From NCBI RefSeq assembly GCF_051062815.1, contig NZ_JBPFDU010000074.1, positions 13,828-77,827 on the forward strand: a DNA stretch of 64,000 nucleotides. The letters are read 5' to 3'. The notes under the pieces were generated by a model. The model did not search any database, had not been told where the DNA came from, and worked only from the letters and a program-made list of their open reading frames with translations. Positions 11,567 to 21,138 of the stretch are shown piece after piece (the stretch's first letter is position 1; every line of letters starts with the position of its first letter). This stretch comes from Methylocystis sp. (GTDB taxonomy: Bacteria > Pseudomonadota > Alphaproteobacteria > Rhizobiales > Beijerinckiaceae). A program made the position numbers and the translations under genes.

Positions 11567-12233
11567 GCGACGGGGTTTTGAGGCGCTGTCTTTGCTCCGC
11601 TCAAGGCTTGCCGCACGGCGCCTGGCGCACTCCGACCCAGCGCCCGTGCAGACGGTGAGCGAGATCGAAAACGCGCCCGATTTCTTGAGGAAGCGGCAAA
11701 CGCTCGCGGCGCTCGTGGCGCAGTTCGGCGACGACGTCAGCAAAGTGACCCTCAGCCCACAGAAAAAGACGTTCAACTTTCTCGGCCAGAGCTTCACTTC
11801 GGAGGGACAGTCTTTCTCCGACGGCCGCATCGAAATCTTTTACGATCCGCAGATGAGCGACGCGCGCCTCGGCTGCTGCCTCGCGCATGAATTGCAGCAT
11901 GTGCGCTATTTCGCGGTGCGCGACGCCTATCGCGCAGAAATGTCGGATGGACCTCTGCATCGGCGCTTCGCCAAATATGCGCCGGAACTGCTCGCGGCGC
12001 AGCGCGGCGTTTCCAATTATTCAAACGAACATTGGGACGCCTGGAAAGGCGATGCGCCGCCGAAACTCTTCTCTCTCGAGTTGGAGGAGGGGGAAAGCGA
12101 ACCCATCAATGAGACGATCGCGGAAGTCGCCAAGGCGCTCTACAATTGGGGGCCGGACGTGCGCATCAATGCTCTGTGGAAAGAGCTGCACGACGCGATC
12201 AATGCAGAACATGCGGCGCTGCGAAGCACATAG
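11532..12233 (+). CDS. Hypothetical zincin-like metallopeptidase
   Basis: AHELQH (HExxH) plus downstream SNY...NETIAE; true start probably the TTG near 11592. Confidence 0.55.
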   Translation: MRSRSEVRLGRERRGFEALSLLRSRLAARRLAHSDPAPVQTVSEIENAPDFLRKRQTLAALVAQFGDDVSKVTLSPQKKTFNFLGQSFTSEGQSFSDGRIEIFYDPQMSDARLGCCLAHELQHVRYFAVRDAYRAEMSDGPLHRRFAKYAPELLAAQRGVSNYSNEHWDAWKGDAPPKLFSLELEEGESEPINETIAEVAKALYNWGPDVRINALWKELHDAINAEHAALRST

Positions 12234-12242
12234 AGCGCCCGT

Positions 12243-13331
12243 TCACGGTTTGCGTTCACGTTCGAGCAGCTCGCGTTTGCGCTCCACGCCCCAATAGTAG
12301 CCGGAAAGCGCGCCGTCGCTGCGCACGACGCGATGGCAGGGAACCGCGAGCGACACCGGATTGGCCGCGCAGGCGCCCGCGACGGCGCGCGTCGCCTTCG
12401 GCGCGCCGATGCGTTTCGCAATGTCGGCATAGCTCGCCGTCTCTCCCGCGGGAATGTCGCGCAGCGCGGCCCAAACGCGCTGCTGAAAGGCCGTGCCGCG
12501 CATGTCGAGCGGCAGATCGAAAGATGATTGCGGCCGCTCCACCATGCTCACCGCCGCGGTGACATAGCGTTCGAACGACTCATCGCCGCCGATGAGAGTC
12601 GCGCGCGGAAATCGATCCTGCAGATCGCGCAGCAGCTCTTCGGGGTCGTCGCCGAGCGAAATGGCGCAAACGCCCTTCGCGCTCGCCGCGACCAGCACCG
12701 CGCCCAGAGACGATTGGCCGATGGCGAAGCGGATCGTTTCGCACGGCGCCCCGGCGCGATAGGCGCTTGCCGTCATGCCCAATGTGTCCTTCGCCGTCGC
12801 GTAGAACCGCGCGCTCGAATTATAGCCAGAATCATAGATCGCATCGGTCACTGTCTGACCTTCCATGAGTTTGCCGCGCAGGCGTGCGCGCCGATGCGCC
12901 TGAGCATAGGCCTTGGGTGTAACCCCGGCGATGCGCGAAAACAGTCGGTGGAAATAATAGGGGCTCAGTCCGATCGTGTGCGCCAGCTGCGCAAGCGTCG
13001 GCGGCGCTTCCGCCGCCTCTATCATTCTGCAGGCGCGTGCGATCTTCTCCACGTCTTGCTGCTGCTGAGATAGCGCCTCCGGCCGGCAGCGACGGCAGGG
13101 ACGAAAACCTGCCGCCTCCGCTTCGGCGGCTGTGGCGCAAAAGCGCACATTGGCGCGCTTCGCCGGCCGCGAGGGGCAGGAGGGACGGCAATAGACGCCG
13201 GTCGTTTCGACGCAATAGTAGAAGTCGCCGTCGCGGCGCGCATCGCGCGCGACAACCGCCGCCCAGCGCGTCTCGTCGAGGCGGAGCGAATGTGCCTGCG
13301 TCATGTCGTTCGTCTGCATGCCGCGCATCAT
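12243..13331 (-). CDS. ada: Bifunctional Ada regulator / O6-methylguanine-DNA methyltransferase
   Basis: GVYCRPSC and FRPCRRC Zn site, AraC HTH, C-terminal VPCHRV. Confidence 0.95.
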   Translation of the reverse strand: MMRGMQTNDMTQAHSLRLDETRWAAVVARDARRDGDFYYCVETTGVYCRPSCPSRPAKRANVRFCATAAEAEAAGFRPCRRCRPEALSQQQQDVEKIARACRMIEAAEAPPTLAQLAHTIGLSPYYFHRLFSRIAGVTPKAYAQAHRRARLRGKLMEGQTVTDAIYDSGYNSSARFYATAKDTLGMTASAYRAGAPCETIRFAIGQSSLGAVLVAASAKGVCAISLGDDPEELLRDLQDRFPRATLIGGDESFERYVTAAVSMVERPQSSFDLPLDMRGTAFQQRVWAALRDIPAGETASYADIAKRIGAPKATRAVAGACAANPVSLAVPCHRVVRSDGALSGYYWGVERKRELLERERKP

Positions 13332-13440
13332 CCAACTTTTGCGACGACCGCCGCAATGCGTTTCTTGCTGTCAAATCCAAATTGGCTGACAGTCCGTCGG
13401 GCGATCCTATGCTGTAGGTTTGAGCCACGGACCCGAGGAA

Positions 13441-14460
13441 ATGGCCGGAGAACGTCGCGTCGCCTTTACGCGCCGAGAAGCAATCGCCGGCGCTGGCGCA
13501 TGCCTCGCCTTCGGCGCGCGAGCCGCGACGGCCTCGACCCTGCTCGTCACGCACCCGGCGGGGTTGGCGCACGACATGGGGCCGGCGCATGTCGAGCGGC
13601 CGGAGCGGCTTCGCGCCATTCTACGCGCGCTGGACGACGCGCGCTTCGCAGGCCTCATGCGCGCCGAGGCGCCTTTAGCGGCGCAGGAGGCGCTGCTGCG
13701 CGCGCATAGCTCTGAACACCTCGCGCGTCTCGCGAAATCGGCGCCTTCAGAGGGATATGCGCGCATCGGTCCGGACGTCGCCATGAACGCCGCCACGCAT
13801 GAAGCGACGTTGCGCGCCGCGGGCGGCGCGCTGGCGGCTGTCGATGCGGTGATGCGCGGCGACGCCAAGAACGCTTTCGTCGCCATGCGGCCGCCGGGCC
13901 ATCATGCGACGCGCGACTTGCCGATGGGCTTTTGCTTCTTCAACAACGCCGCCGTGGCGGCGCTGCATGCGCGCGCGGCGCATGGCGCCTCGCGCGTCGC
14001 CATCGTCGATTTTGACGTGCATCACGGCAATGGCGTGCAGGAGATTTTCTGGAGCGATCGAAACGTGCTTTACGCTTCGACGCATCAGATGCCGCTCTAT
14101 CCCGGCACGGGGGCGGTGAGCGAAACTGGCGCGCATGACACGATCGTCAACGCGCCACTCGCAAAGGGCGACGGCGGCGCGCAATTCCGCGAGGCGCTGG
14201 CGTCGCGCATTTTGCCGCGTCTCGACGCGTTTTCGCCCGATCTCGTCGTGCTTTGCGCCGGCTTCGACGCCCATCTGCATGATCCGCTCGGCGGATTGCG
14301 TTTCGTCGCAGAGGACTTCCGAGACGTCACGCTGCGCGTGATGGAGATCGCCGCGCGACGTTGCAAGGGACGCATCGTCTCGCTGCTCGAAGGCGGCTAT
14401 CGGCCGGAAGATCTCGCGCGCAGCGCTGCGGCGCATGTCGGCGCGTTGATGGAAGCTTGA
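13441..14460 (+). CDS. Histone deacetylase-family Zn amidohydrolase with Tat-like N-terminus
   Basis: RPPGHHA, GFCFFNN, DFDVHHGNG, GFDAH, LEGGY; N-terminus FTRREAIAGAGACLAFGARAATA (ORF track start 13420). Confidence 0.88.
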   Translation: MAGERRVAFTRREAIAGAGACLAFGARAATASTLLVTHPAGLAHDMGPAHVERPERLRAILRALDDARFAGLMRAEAPLAAQEALLRAHSSEHLARLAKSAPSEGYARIGPDVAMNAATHEATLRAAGGALAAVDAVMRGDAKNAFVAMRPPGHHATRDLPMGFCFFNNAAVAALHARAAHGASRVAIVDFDVHHGNGVQEIFWSDRNVLYASTHQMPLYPGTGAVSETGAHDTIVNAPLAKGDGGAQFREALASRILPRLDAFSPDLVVLCAGFDAHLHDPLGGLRFVAEDFRDVTLRVMEIAARRCKGRIVSLLEGGYRPEDLARSAAAHVGALMEA

Positions 14461-14474
14461 ATGAGCTGCTGCGG

Positions 14475-15449
14475 TCACCCAAGCCGCGCCGCCAGCTTGC
14501 TCCACAAGGCGTTCTCCGCCTGAAAGATGTAATCGAGCCGCGCGCTGGTGACGCTTTTGGCGCCTCGGGCGATCAGCCAATCGGCGAGCGCCGCCACCTT
14601 TTTCGCCGGACAGGAGAAGGTCGCTGACTCATCGTCGATGTTGCGCAATCCGGCGCCGAAGTTCGCTTCCGCTTCTCGCAGGATATGTTCGCTCGGCGTT
14701 GGCAGGCTGGCGCGCACGTCGCGCGTCGTGCGCGCTTCTTCTTCCGCGGCGATGCGCGAGAGAATGACGCGCGCCGCTTCGCGCGCCGCCTTGTCCCACG
14801 GCGCCGTCAGCGAGGCGACGAGATTGGCCTGCGAACGCAGAATGACGCCGTCCTCGATGATCTTCAGCGCGTTCGCCGCGAGCGTCGCGCCTGTCGTCGT
14901 GATGTCGACGATGAGATCGGCGGAGCCGGCGGCGGGCGCGCCTTCGGTGGCGCCGGAACTCTCAACGATCCGATAGTCGGACACGCCGTGCGCGGCGAAG
15001 AAGCGTCGCGTCGTGTTCACATATTTCGTCGCGACGCGCAGTCCGCGGCCGTGGCGCGCGCGAAATCCATCGGCGACGTCGGCAAGATCGCTCATGTAGC
15101 GCACGTCGATCCAGGCTTGCGGAACCGCGACGACGACATTCGCGGCGCCAAACCCAAGCGGGGCGAGAAGCTCCACTTTCTTGTCGGCGTCGGCGATCTC
15201 CTCGCGCACCAGATCCTCGCCGGTGACGCCGAGATGGGCTTCGCCCAAGGCCAGACGACGCGTGATCTCGGAAGCGGAGAGATAGGCGACTTCCGCGCCT
15301 TCGACTCCGGCGACGGCGCCGCGATAGTCCCGCGCGCCGCGGCCTTGCGTCAGCTCCAGGCCAGCGCGCGCGAAGAAGGCGGCGGCGTTCTCCTGCAGCC
15401 GGCCTTTTGACGGGGAGGCGATAATGAGTTTTTGCGCGGGCGCCATCAT
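14475..15449 (-). CDS. hisG: ATP phosphoribosyltransferase catalytic subunit
   Basis: [26 protein letters not shown]...DITTTGATL. Confidence 0.95.
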   Translation of the reverse strand: MMAPAQKLIIASPSKGRLQENAAAFFARAGLELTQGRGARDYRGAVAGVEGAEVAYLSASEITRRLALGEAHLGVTGEDLVREEIADADKKVELLAPLGFGAANVVVAVPQAWIDVRYMSDLADVADGFRARHGRGLRVATKYVNTTRRFFAAHGVSDYRIVESSGATEGAPAAGSADLIVDITTTGATLAANALKIIEDGVILRSQANLVASLTAPWDKAAREAARVILSRIAAEEEARTTRDVRASLPTPSEHILREAEANFGAGLRNIDDESATFSCPAKKVAALADWLIARGAKSVTSARLDYIFQAENALWSKLAARLG

Positions 15450-16591
15450 GCTTCTCTCGCGCTCGGGGAAAGACGGTCGATCCAGATCGCGGCGCCGACA
15501 GCCGGTATGTCCGACGCTGCGCCGAGCGTCTTGAGCAGTCGGTCGTAGCGTCCGCCGCCGATCACTGGCGCGCCGTCGCTGGAGTGGCGGGCCTCGAAAA
15601 CGAAGCCGGTGTAATAGTCGAGATGACGCGCAAAACTTGCCGAGAAGCGGATCTCGTGAGCGGCGAGGCCGCGCGCGCTAATGGCCTCAGCGCGCGCGTC
15701 AAAGCCGTCCAGCGCGGCGGAGAGGTCAAGCTGCGCGTCGGCGGCCAGCCGGCGCATGGCTGCGGAAGCTGAGTCGGGCGCGCCTTCGATGGTGAAAAAA
15801 GTCTCCGCCAGCGCGCGCGTCTCGTCGGAAACGCCCGCGCCTTCGGCGAGCGTCGCCTGATCGAGAAAGCGTTCGGCGATTTCAGCCGCGCTGCGGCCGC
15901 CGACGGCGGTGATGCCGGCGATGGACAACAAGTCCTCGACGAGACGGCGCGCATCCGACGGGTCGACTTTCGTCAGCGCCGCCAAGACGCCCGACTGTTC
16001 CGATCCGCCATTGCGTTCGGGCGACGCAAAAATATCGGATATCCTTTGGCCGCGCGCGTGCCCGGCCGCCAGACGCCGGCGCCAGACCGGCGGCATCTCG
16101 AGCCGTTCGAGGAAGGCGGCGACGAGCCCGGCGTCGCCGATCAGAACCTTGAGCGCCGTCGCGCCGGCCGCCCCCGCGGCGTCGAGGGAAGCGGCCAGAA
16201 TTTCGACGTCCGCGGCTTCGCGGTCCTGGCGGCCGAAGCTCTCCAGCCCCGCCTGAAGAAACTCCCCGTCGCCGGTCGCGCCATGTTCAGGCGCGCGAAA
16301 GATCGAGCCGCCGTAAGCGTATGCGGCCGGATCGCCCGCCCGAGCGGAGGCGAGATAATCCAGGCAGACCGGAATCGTATATTCCGGCCGCAGGCAAAAT
16401 TCAGCGCCTGAGCCATCGCTCGTCAGGTAAAGCCGGCCGCGGAAATCCTCTCCGGATCGATCCAGAAAGACATGCGCCGGCTGCAGGAGGCGCGGCTCGC
16501 AGCGTGCGAACCCCTCGCGCGCGAAATGCGCAAGAATGGCCGCAAGGCTGGTGGCTTCGCGTTCTGCTGAAGTGGCGGTGACGGCGTTCAA
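15446..16591 (-). CDS. hisZ: ATP phosphoribosyltransferase regulatory subunit
   Basis: [40 protein letters not shown]; start trimmed to the TTG at 16591 (approximate). Confidence 0.9.
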   Translation of the reverse strand: MNAVTATSAEREATSLAAILAHFAREGFARCEPRLLQPAHVFLDRSGEDFRGRLYLTSDGSGAEFCLRPEYTIPVCLDYLASARAGDPAAYAYGGSIFRAPEHGATGDGEFLQAGLESFGRQDREAADVEILAASLDAAGAAGATALKVLIGDAGLVAAFLERLEMPPVWRRRLAAGHARGQRISDIFASPERNGGSEQSGVLAALTKVDPSDARRLVEDLLSIAGITAVGGRSAAEIAERFLDQATLAEGAGVSDETRALAETFFTIEGAPDSASAAMRRLAADAQLDLSAALDGFDARAEAISARGLAAHEIRFSASFARHLDYYTGFVFEARHSSDGAPVIGGGRYDRLLKTLGAASDIPAVGAAIWIDRLSPSAREA

Positions 16592-16700
16592 GCGCAAATT
16601 CCTCGAAATTTGCGCTCTCTTTAGCAAGTGCGCCGCGCGGGCGCACCCCTGCTCCGGGCGAAAGGTGAACGCCCCAAAGCAAAGGCCGCGGTCCAAAGCC

Positions 16701-16729
16701 TTGCATCCCTCCCTCTCGTCTGCCAAATA
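16701..16729 (+). promoter_or_regulatory. Putative sigma70 promoter of SRP RNA
   Basis: TTGCAT - 17 nt - CAAATA just upstream of ffs. Confidence 0.4.
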
Positions 16730-16736
16730 AGGGGCC

Positions 16737-16833
16737 GGGAGGTTGGCGGTGGACGCTTCACTCGCCAACCGGGTCAGGTCCGGAAGGAAGCAGCCCTAAC
16801 GAGCTTGGGCGGGTCTTCGTTCAGCCTCCCACC
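16737..16833 (+). ncRNA. ffs: Signal recognition particle RNA (4.5S)
   Basis: Domain IV core GGGTCAGGTCCGGAAGGAAGCAGCCC within a long hairpin closed by GGGAGG/CCTCCC; canonical position upstream of dnaX. Confidence 0.93.
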
Positions 16834-16909
16834 TTCTTCGGCGAGCAGCGAATGGCGTAGCGCAATACACTGCGCTGTTCGTCGCTCGTCTGCCGCCGGA
16901 TGGATGCAG

Positions 16910-18763
16910 ATGGACCACGAGCACGATCCGCCGAGGCCATCGCTGGCGCCCGCCGAGGGCGGACCTTCGCTGTTTGGCGCCGATCAGGCGCCGCCGTCGG
17001 CCTATCGCGTGCTGGCTCGCAAATACCGACCGACCACCTTCGCAGACCTGATCGGCCAAGAGCCGATGGTGCGCACGCTCGAAAACGCATTCGATCTCAA
17101 CCGAATTCATCAGGCCTATCTGCTGACCGGCGTGCGCGGCGTCGGCAAGACGACGACCGCGCGCATTCTCGCGCGCGCGTTCAACTATGAACTGCCGGCG
17201 GGAGACGGGCGGCCCGCGATCAATCAGCCGACGATTCATATGGAGGAGCTCGGCGTCCACTGTCAGGCGATCATCGACTCGCGCCATGTCGACGTGCTCG
17301 AAATGGACGCCGCCTCGCACACCGGCATCGACGACATCCGAGAGATCATCGACAACGCCCGTTACCGCCCGGTCATGGCGCGAACCAAAGTCTACATCAT
17401 CGACGAAGTGCATATGCTCTCGAAGGCCGCGTTCAACGGTCTCTTAAAGACGCTTGAAGAGCCGCCTGAGCATGTGAAGTTCATCTTCGCGACGACGGAA
17501 ATCGACAAGGTGCCGGTGACGGTGCGCTCGCGCTGCCAGCGCTTTGATCTGCGCCGCATCGACGCCGGCCTGCTCGCCAATCATCTGCTGGGCGTCTGCA
17601 AGGCCGAAGGCGTCGCCATCGAGCCGGAAGCGCTCGCCATGATCGCGCGTGCGGCGGAAGGCTCGGCGCGCGATGCTTTGTCCTTGCTCGATCAGGCGAT
17701 CGCCTATGGCGCGGCCCATTCGGCCGGCGGCGCGATCGCCGCGGAGGATTTGCGGCTGATGCTCGGCGTCGCCGACAAGGCGCGAATCATCGACCTTTTC
17801 GAAGCGGCGATGTCGGGCGATATCGCCAAGGCGATCGCCATTCTCGAAGATCAGTACAACGGCGGCGCCGATCCGGCGCAGGTGCTGCTCGAACTCGCCG
17901 AATTCACGCATCTCGCCACGCGCCTGAAGCTTGCGCCGGAGACCGCCCAGTCGGCGGCGCTGACGCCCGAAGAGAAACGTCGCGGCGAAGAGGCCGCAAC
18001 GCGCCTCTCGGTTCCCGCGCTCACGCGCGCCTGGCAGATCCTGATGAAAGGCGTTGAGGAGTTGCGCGGCTCGCAGCGGCCATTGGCGGCGGCCGACATG
18101 GTGCTTGTGCGGCTCGCTTACGCCGCCGACATGCCTTCGCCGTCGGAGGCGCTGCGCCGCCTGGGGTTTGGCGAGAACGCATCGAGCGCCGACTCCGGGG
18201 CGCCCTCAACGCGAAGCGCAGCGCCTGCCGGAGCTGGCGCTGCGCCGCAAGCGCGCGGCGGCGGCCAAGGATTCGCGCTGGCGCCCCGCTCCGCCGCGCC
18301 TCAGCCCTCCGCAGCGCCGGCGCCAGGAATCATCATCGAGAGCTTCGATGCGCTTGTCGCGCTTGCCGCGCAGAAACGTGACATGCGCCTCAAGATCGGG
18401 CTCGAATCCGAAGTGCGGCTGGTGCGGTTCGAACATGGACGGATCGAATTTGAACTCGCGCCGGGCGGCGCGCGGGAACTGGCGTCGACTCTGATGCAGA
18501 GGCTTCAGGCCTGGACCGGCGAGCGCTGGATGGTGTCGGTCGTCGCCTCCGGCGGCGCGCCGACGCTCAAGGAGCAGCGCGACGCGGAGGAGCGCAAGCG
18601 CCGCTCCTCGCTCGAGTCGGATCCGCTCGTCGCGAGCGTGCTCGCGCGTTTTCCCGGCGCGCAGATCGTCGCCGTGCGGGGCAGGGACGAGGGCGCAGCG
18701 TCCGCCGAAACGCTCTATGATGACGCGACGCCAATCGAGGAAGACGACGGAGACGCGCAATGA
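16910..18763 (+). CDS. dnaX: DNA polymerase III subunit gamma/tau
   Basis: LARKYRP, GVRGVGKTT, IIDEVHML, SRCQRF; start trimmed to ATG 16904/16910. Confidence 0.96.
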   Translation: MDHEHDPPRPSLAPAEGGPSLFGADQAPPSAYRVLARKYRPTTFADLIGQEPMVRTLENAFDLNRIHQAYLLTGVRGVGKTTTARILARAFNYELPAGDGRPAINQPTIHMEELGVHCQAIIDSRHVDVLEMDAASHTGIDDIREIIDNARYRPVMARTKVYIIDEVHMLSKAAFNGLLKTLEEPPEHVKFIFATTEIDKVPVTVRSRCQRFDLRRIDAGLLANHLLGVCKAEGVAIEPEALAMIARAAEGSARDALSLLDQAIAYGAAHSAGGAIAAEDLRLMLGVADKARIIDLFEAAMSGDIAKAIAILEDQYNGGADPAQVLLELAEFTHLATRLKLAPETAQSAALTPEEKRRGEEAATRLSVPALTRAWQILMKGVEELRGSQRPLAAADMVLVRLAYAADMPSPSEALRRLGFGENASSADSGAPSTRSAAPAGAGAAPQARGGGQGFALAPRSAAPQPSAAPAPGIIIESFDALVALAAQKRDMRLKIGLESEVRLVRFEHGRIEFELAPGGARELASTLMQRLQAWTGERWMVSVVASGGAPTLKEQRDAEERKRRSSLESDPLVASVLARFPGAQIVAVRGRDEGAASAETLYDDATPIEEDDGDAQ

Positions 18764-19083
18764 TGGACTTCATGGGCCTGATGAAGCAGGCGCAGCAGAT
18801 GCAGGCCAAAATGGCCGAAGCGCAGCTGGAGCTCGAACAGACCGTCGTCGAAGGCGAGGCGGGCGGCGGCATGGTGAGGGTCGCGCTCACCGCCAAAGGC
18901 GGGATGAAAAGCATTTCCATCGACCCGAGTCTGTTGACGCCCGACGAAAAGGAAATTCTTCAAGACCTGATTCTCACGGCCCACATGCAGGCGCGCGCCA
19001 AGGCGGAGGAGGCCATGGCCGAAAAAATGAAAGCGCTCACCGGCGGGCTGCCGTTGCCGCCAGGCTTTAAGTTGCCGTTTTGA
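18760..19083 (+). CDS. ybaB: YbaB/EbfC nucleoid-associated protein
   Basis: MKQAQQMQ, EGEAGGGMV, LQDLI; dnaX-ybaB-recR synteny. Confidence 0.93.
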   Translation: MMDFMGLMKQAQQMQAKMAEAQLELEQTVVEGEAGGGMVRVALTAKGGMKSISIDPSLLTPDEKEILQDLILTAHMQARAKAEEAMAEKMKALTGGLPLPPGFKLPF

Positions 19084-19104
19084 TGCATATTGCTGCAATT
19101 CTCG

Positions 19105-19212
19105 CGTCATGGCCCGGCCTTGAGCCGGCCATCCACGTGATGACGCCGCCCAAAGCTTCCAATTATACGTAGCATTCTGACTTGGATGCCCGCGACAAGC
19201 GCGGGCATGACG
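19105..19212. repeat. Rhizobiales-type REP/RIME-like palindromic intergenic element
   Basis: CGTCATGGCCCGGCCTTGAGCCGGCCATCCAC ... GGATGCCCGCGACAAGCGCGGGCATGACG: two inverted arms, each with its own hairpin. Confidence 0.75.
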
Positions 19213-19240
19213 CGAAACCACATGAGGCGTTGATCCGGCT

Positions 19241-19846
19241 ATGGCGGAAAAGGTGGCCGGTCCCGAGATCGAAAAACTCGTGCAGCTCCTGGCCAAATTG
19301 CCGGGGCTCGGTCCGCGGTCGGCGCGGCGCGCGGCGCTGCATCTCATCCGCAAACGCGAAGAACTGCTGGCGCCGCTCGCCGAAGCGATGCGCGTCGCAC
19401 ATGAGCGCATCGTCGTTTGCTCGGTCTGCGGCAATATCGATACGAGCGATCCGTGCACGATCTGTCGTGACGCGCGCCGCGACGAATCGATCCTGGTCGT
19501 CGTCGAGACGGTCGCCGATCTCTGGGCTCTGGAGCGGGCAGGGCTGCTCAATGCGCGCTATCACGTGCTCGGCGGCGTGCTGTCGCCGCTCGACGGCGTC
19601 GGCCCCGACGATCTCTCTATCGCGAGCCTCGTCACGCGCGTGCGCGCCGGAGAGACCGGCGAAGTCGTTCTCGCGGTCAACGCAACGGTCGACGGCCAGA
19701 CGACCGCGCATTACATCGCCGATGTGCTGGCGCCGTCAGGCGTGAAGGTGACGCGGCTCGCCCATGGCGTGCCGGTCGGCGGCGAACTCGACTATCTCGA
19801 TGAGGGAACGCTTGCGGCGGCGCTGGAGCGCCGGACAGCGTTCTAG
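19241..19846 (+). CDS. recR: Recombination mediator RecR
   Basis: LPGLGPRSA HhH, C4 zinc finger, [21 protein letters not shown]. Confidence 0.97.
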   Translation: MAEKVAGPEIEKLVQLLAKLPGLGPRSARRAALHLIRKREELLAPLAEAMRVAHERIVVCSVCGNIDTSDPCTICRDARRDESILVVVETVADLWALERAGLLNARYHVLGGVLSPLDGVGPDDLSIASLVTRVRAGETGEVVLAVNATVDGQTTAHYIADVLAPSGVKVTRLAHGVPVGGELDYLDEGTLAAALERRTAF

Positions 19847-19864
19847 AGGGCGTTTTTGAGAGCC

Positions 19865-19891
19865 GTCATGGCTGGCCTGATACAGCCATCC
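19865..19891. repeat. Degenerate single arm of the same REP-like element
   Basis: CGTCATGGCTGGCCTGATACAGCCATCC resembles the left arm at 19105. Confidence 0.5.
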
Positions 19892-19905
19892 AGCGCAGGA
19901 AGCGA

Positions 19906-20556
19906 TCACTTCGCTGCGGTTTTCGATGTGATGATCTTGTCCCAGTCCTCGACGCCGATCTCGCCGGTGTATTTGTCGCCATTGACAAAAAAGGTCGGCG
20001 TAGAGCTGACGCCAAATTTCTCGGCGGCGCGATTACGCACCTTATTGACGTTCTCGTAAAGCGTCTGATCCTTTAGGACGGCCTCGAACTTCTCCTGGCC
20101 GACGCCAGCCTGTTTCAAGACATTGGCCAGACCGTCGAGCGGCTTATCGGAGAAGGCCCAGTTCTTCTGCTGCGAGAACAGAAGATCGACCGTCGCGTCG
20201 CGCTTGTCGCCGAGTTCGCGCGCCAGCATGAAGGCGGCCGTCGCGAGCGGATCGAGCGGGAACTCCCGCAAAATGAATTTCGCCTTGCCCGTGTCGATAT
20301 AGTTCTTCTTCAGCTCCGGGTACACGTCGTGATGGAACGCCGCGCAGTGGCTGCACGTCATCGAAGCATATTCGACGATCGTCACGGGAGCGTTCTCCGC
20401 GCCTTCCACCACATCCGGCAGGGCGTTCGGCGCCATCAGGTCATCGATCGCGACTTTGCCCGAAGGCGACTTGTCGGCAAGGGCGGGCGCTGCGGCGACG
20501 AGCGCGCAGGCGGCGCCGACAAGAAAACCACGACGGGGCATAAAAGCGAAGGGCAT
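19906..20556 (-). CDS. DsbA-family thiol-disulfide oxidoreductase with Tat-like signal
   Basis: EYASMTCSHC (CxxC), REFPLD, STPTFFVNG; PRRGFL N-terminus; start at ATG 20556 or 20541. Confidence 0.88.
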   Translation of the reverse strand: MPFAFMPRRGFLVGAACALVAAAPALADKSPSGKVAIDDLMAPNALPDVVEGAENAPVTIVEYASMTCSHCAAFHHDVYPELKKNYIDTGKAKFILREFPLDPLATAAFMLARELGDKRDATVDLLFSQQKNWAFSDKPLDGLANVLKQAGVGQEKFEAVLKDQTLYENVNKVRNRAAEKFGVSSTPTFFVNGDKYTGEIGVEDWDKIITSKTAAK

Positions 20557-20652
20557 GTGCGTTCCGTAACTGTTGCGAAGCCGAAGACCATAACGTCTTC
20601 GACAATTGTGGCAAATCAAATCTGGCGAGGATGTGGAGCCGCTATGCGGGCG

Positions 20653-20856
20653 CTACAGCCCGTGTTTCGGCCGAATGAACCAGTAAAGCACGCCGATAAA
20701 AGCGAGCACGACGCCGAACCAGAAAACGACGTCGCCGAGCATCAGGTCCCTCATGGTGTAGCTTAGAACGCTGACCAGCAAGCCGCCGATCGCTATCCAG
20801 AGCGGACGCTGACCGCGTTCCTTCTCCGCCGGCCGCTTCTTCGGTAGCCCGGACAC
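20653..20856 (-). CDS. Small two-TM hypothetical membrane protein (67 aa)
   Basis: GTG at 20856 preceded by AAGGAGAGG; basic N-terminus followed by two hydrophobic segments. Confidence 0.6.
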   Translation of the reverse strand: MSGLPKKRPAEKERGQRPLWIAIGGLLVSVLSYTMRDLMLGDVVFWFGVVLAFIGVLYWFIRPKHGL

Positions 20857-20934
20857 GCGCCTCTCCTTCTGCGTTCCCTTGGTGGTTCGGCCGTCTTTCA
20901 GCTTGCTTGCAAGCGATGACGGCGCTTTTGCGCG

Positions 20935-21048
20935 AGAGCAGGTTCTGAAAAAGTTGACGGACTTTTTCGATGGGAACCTGCTCCAACTTTTGATTTTGAG
21001 CGATTCCTTATCGATCACATGAGCCCATGTGATCGGGAAGCGCTCTAG
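20935..21048. repeat. Double-hairpin palindromic intergenic element (MITE/REP-like)
   Basis: Hairpin 1 GAGCAGGTTC...GAACCTGCTC; hairpin 2 GAGCG...GATCACATG/CATGTGATC...CGCTC; TAGAGC terminus. Confidence 0.65.
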
Positions 21049-21085
21049 AGTTTCCGATTGCGGTCCCACAGTCAAGAACGGGCAT

Positions 21086-21114
21086 AAAAAAACAGCCGCT
21101 CGACGCGGCTGTCT
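21086..21114 (-). terminator. Intrinsic terminator of rpsD
   Basis: ACAGCCGC/GCGGCTGT stem followed by 7 T on the minus strand. Confidence 0.85.
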
Positions 21115-21138
21115 TCTTCACATTGCTGCGCGTCGAGG

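Noticed and set aside
13372-13396. Inverted repeat CTGTCA-N13-TGACAG between ada and the HDAC gene
   Set aside because: One arm coincides with a TTGACA -35 box for ada, it does not match the Ada box, and a 6-bp arm is too short to support an operator call.
16592-16909. Long N-terminal extensions of hisZ (to 16768) and dnaX (from 16628)
   Set aside because: They overlap each other and the SRP RNA and are not homologous to either family; these are ORF-caller artefacts.
16910-18763. Programmed -1 frameshift site in dnaX
   Set aside because: No A-AAA-AAG slippery heptamer seen by eye.
20653-21075. Apparent in-frame insertion of the palindromic element into a protein (Rickettsia RPE-like)
   Set aside because: A GTG at 20856 with a strong SD (AAGGAGAGG) gives a self-contained 67-aa protein downstream of the element; the extension is most likely read-through of a stop-free repeat.
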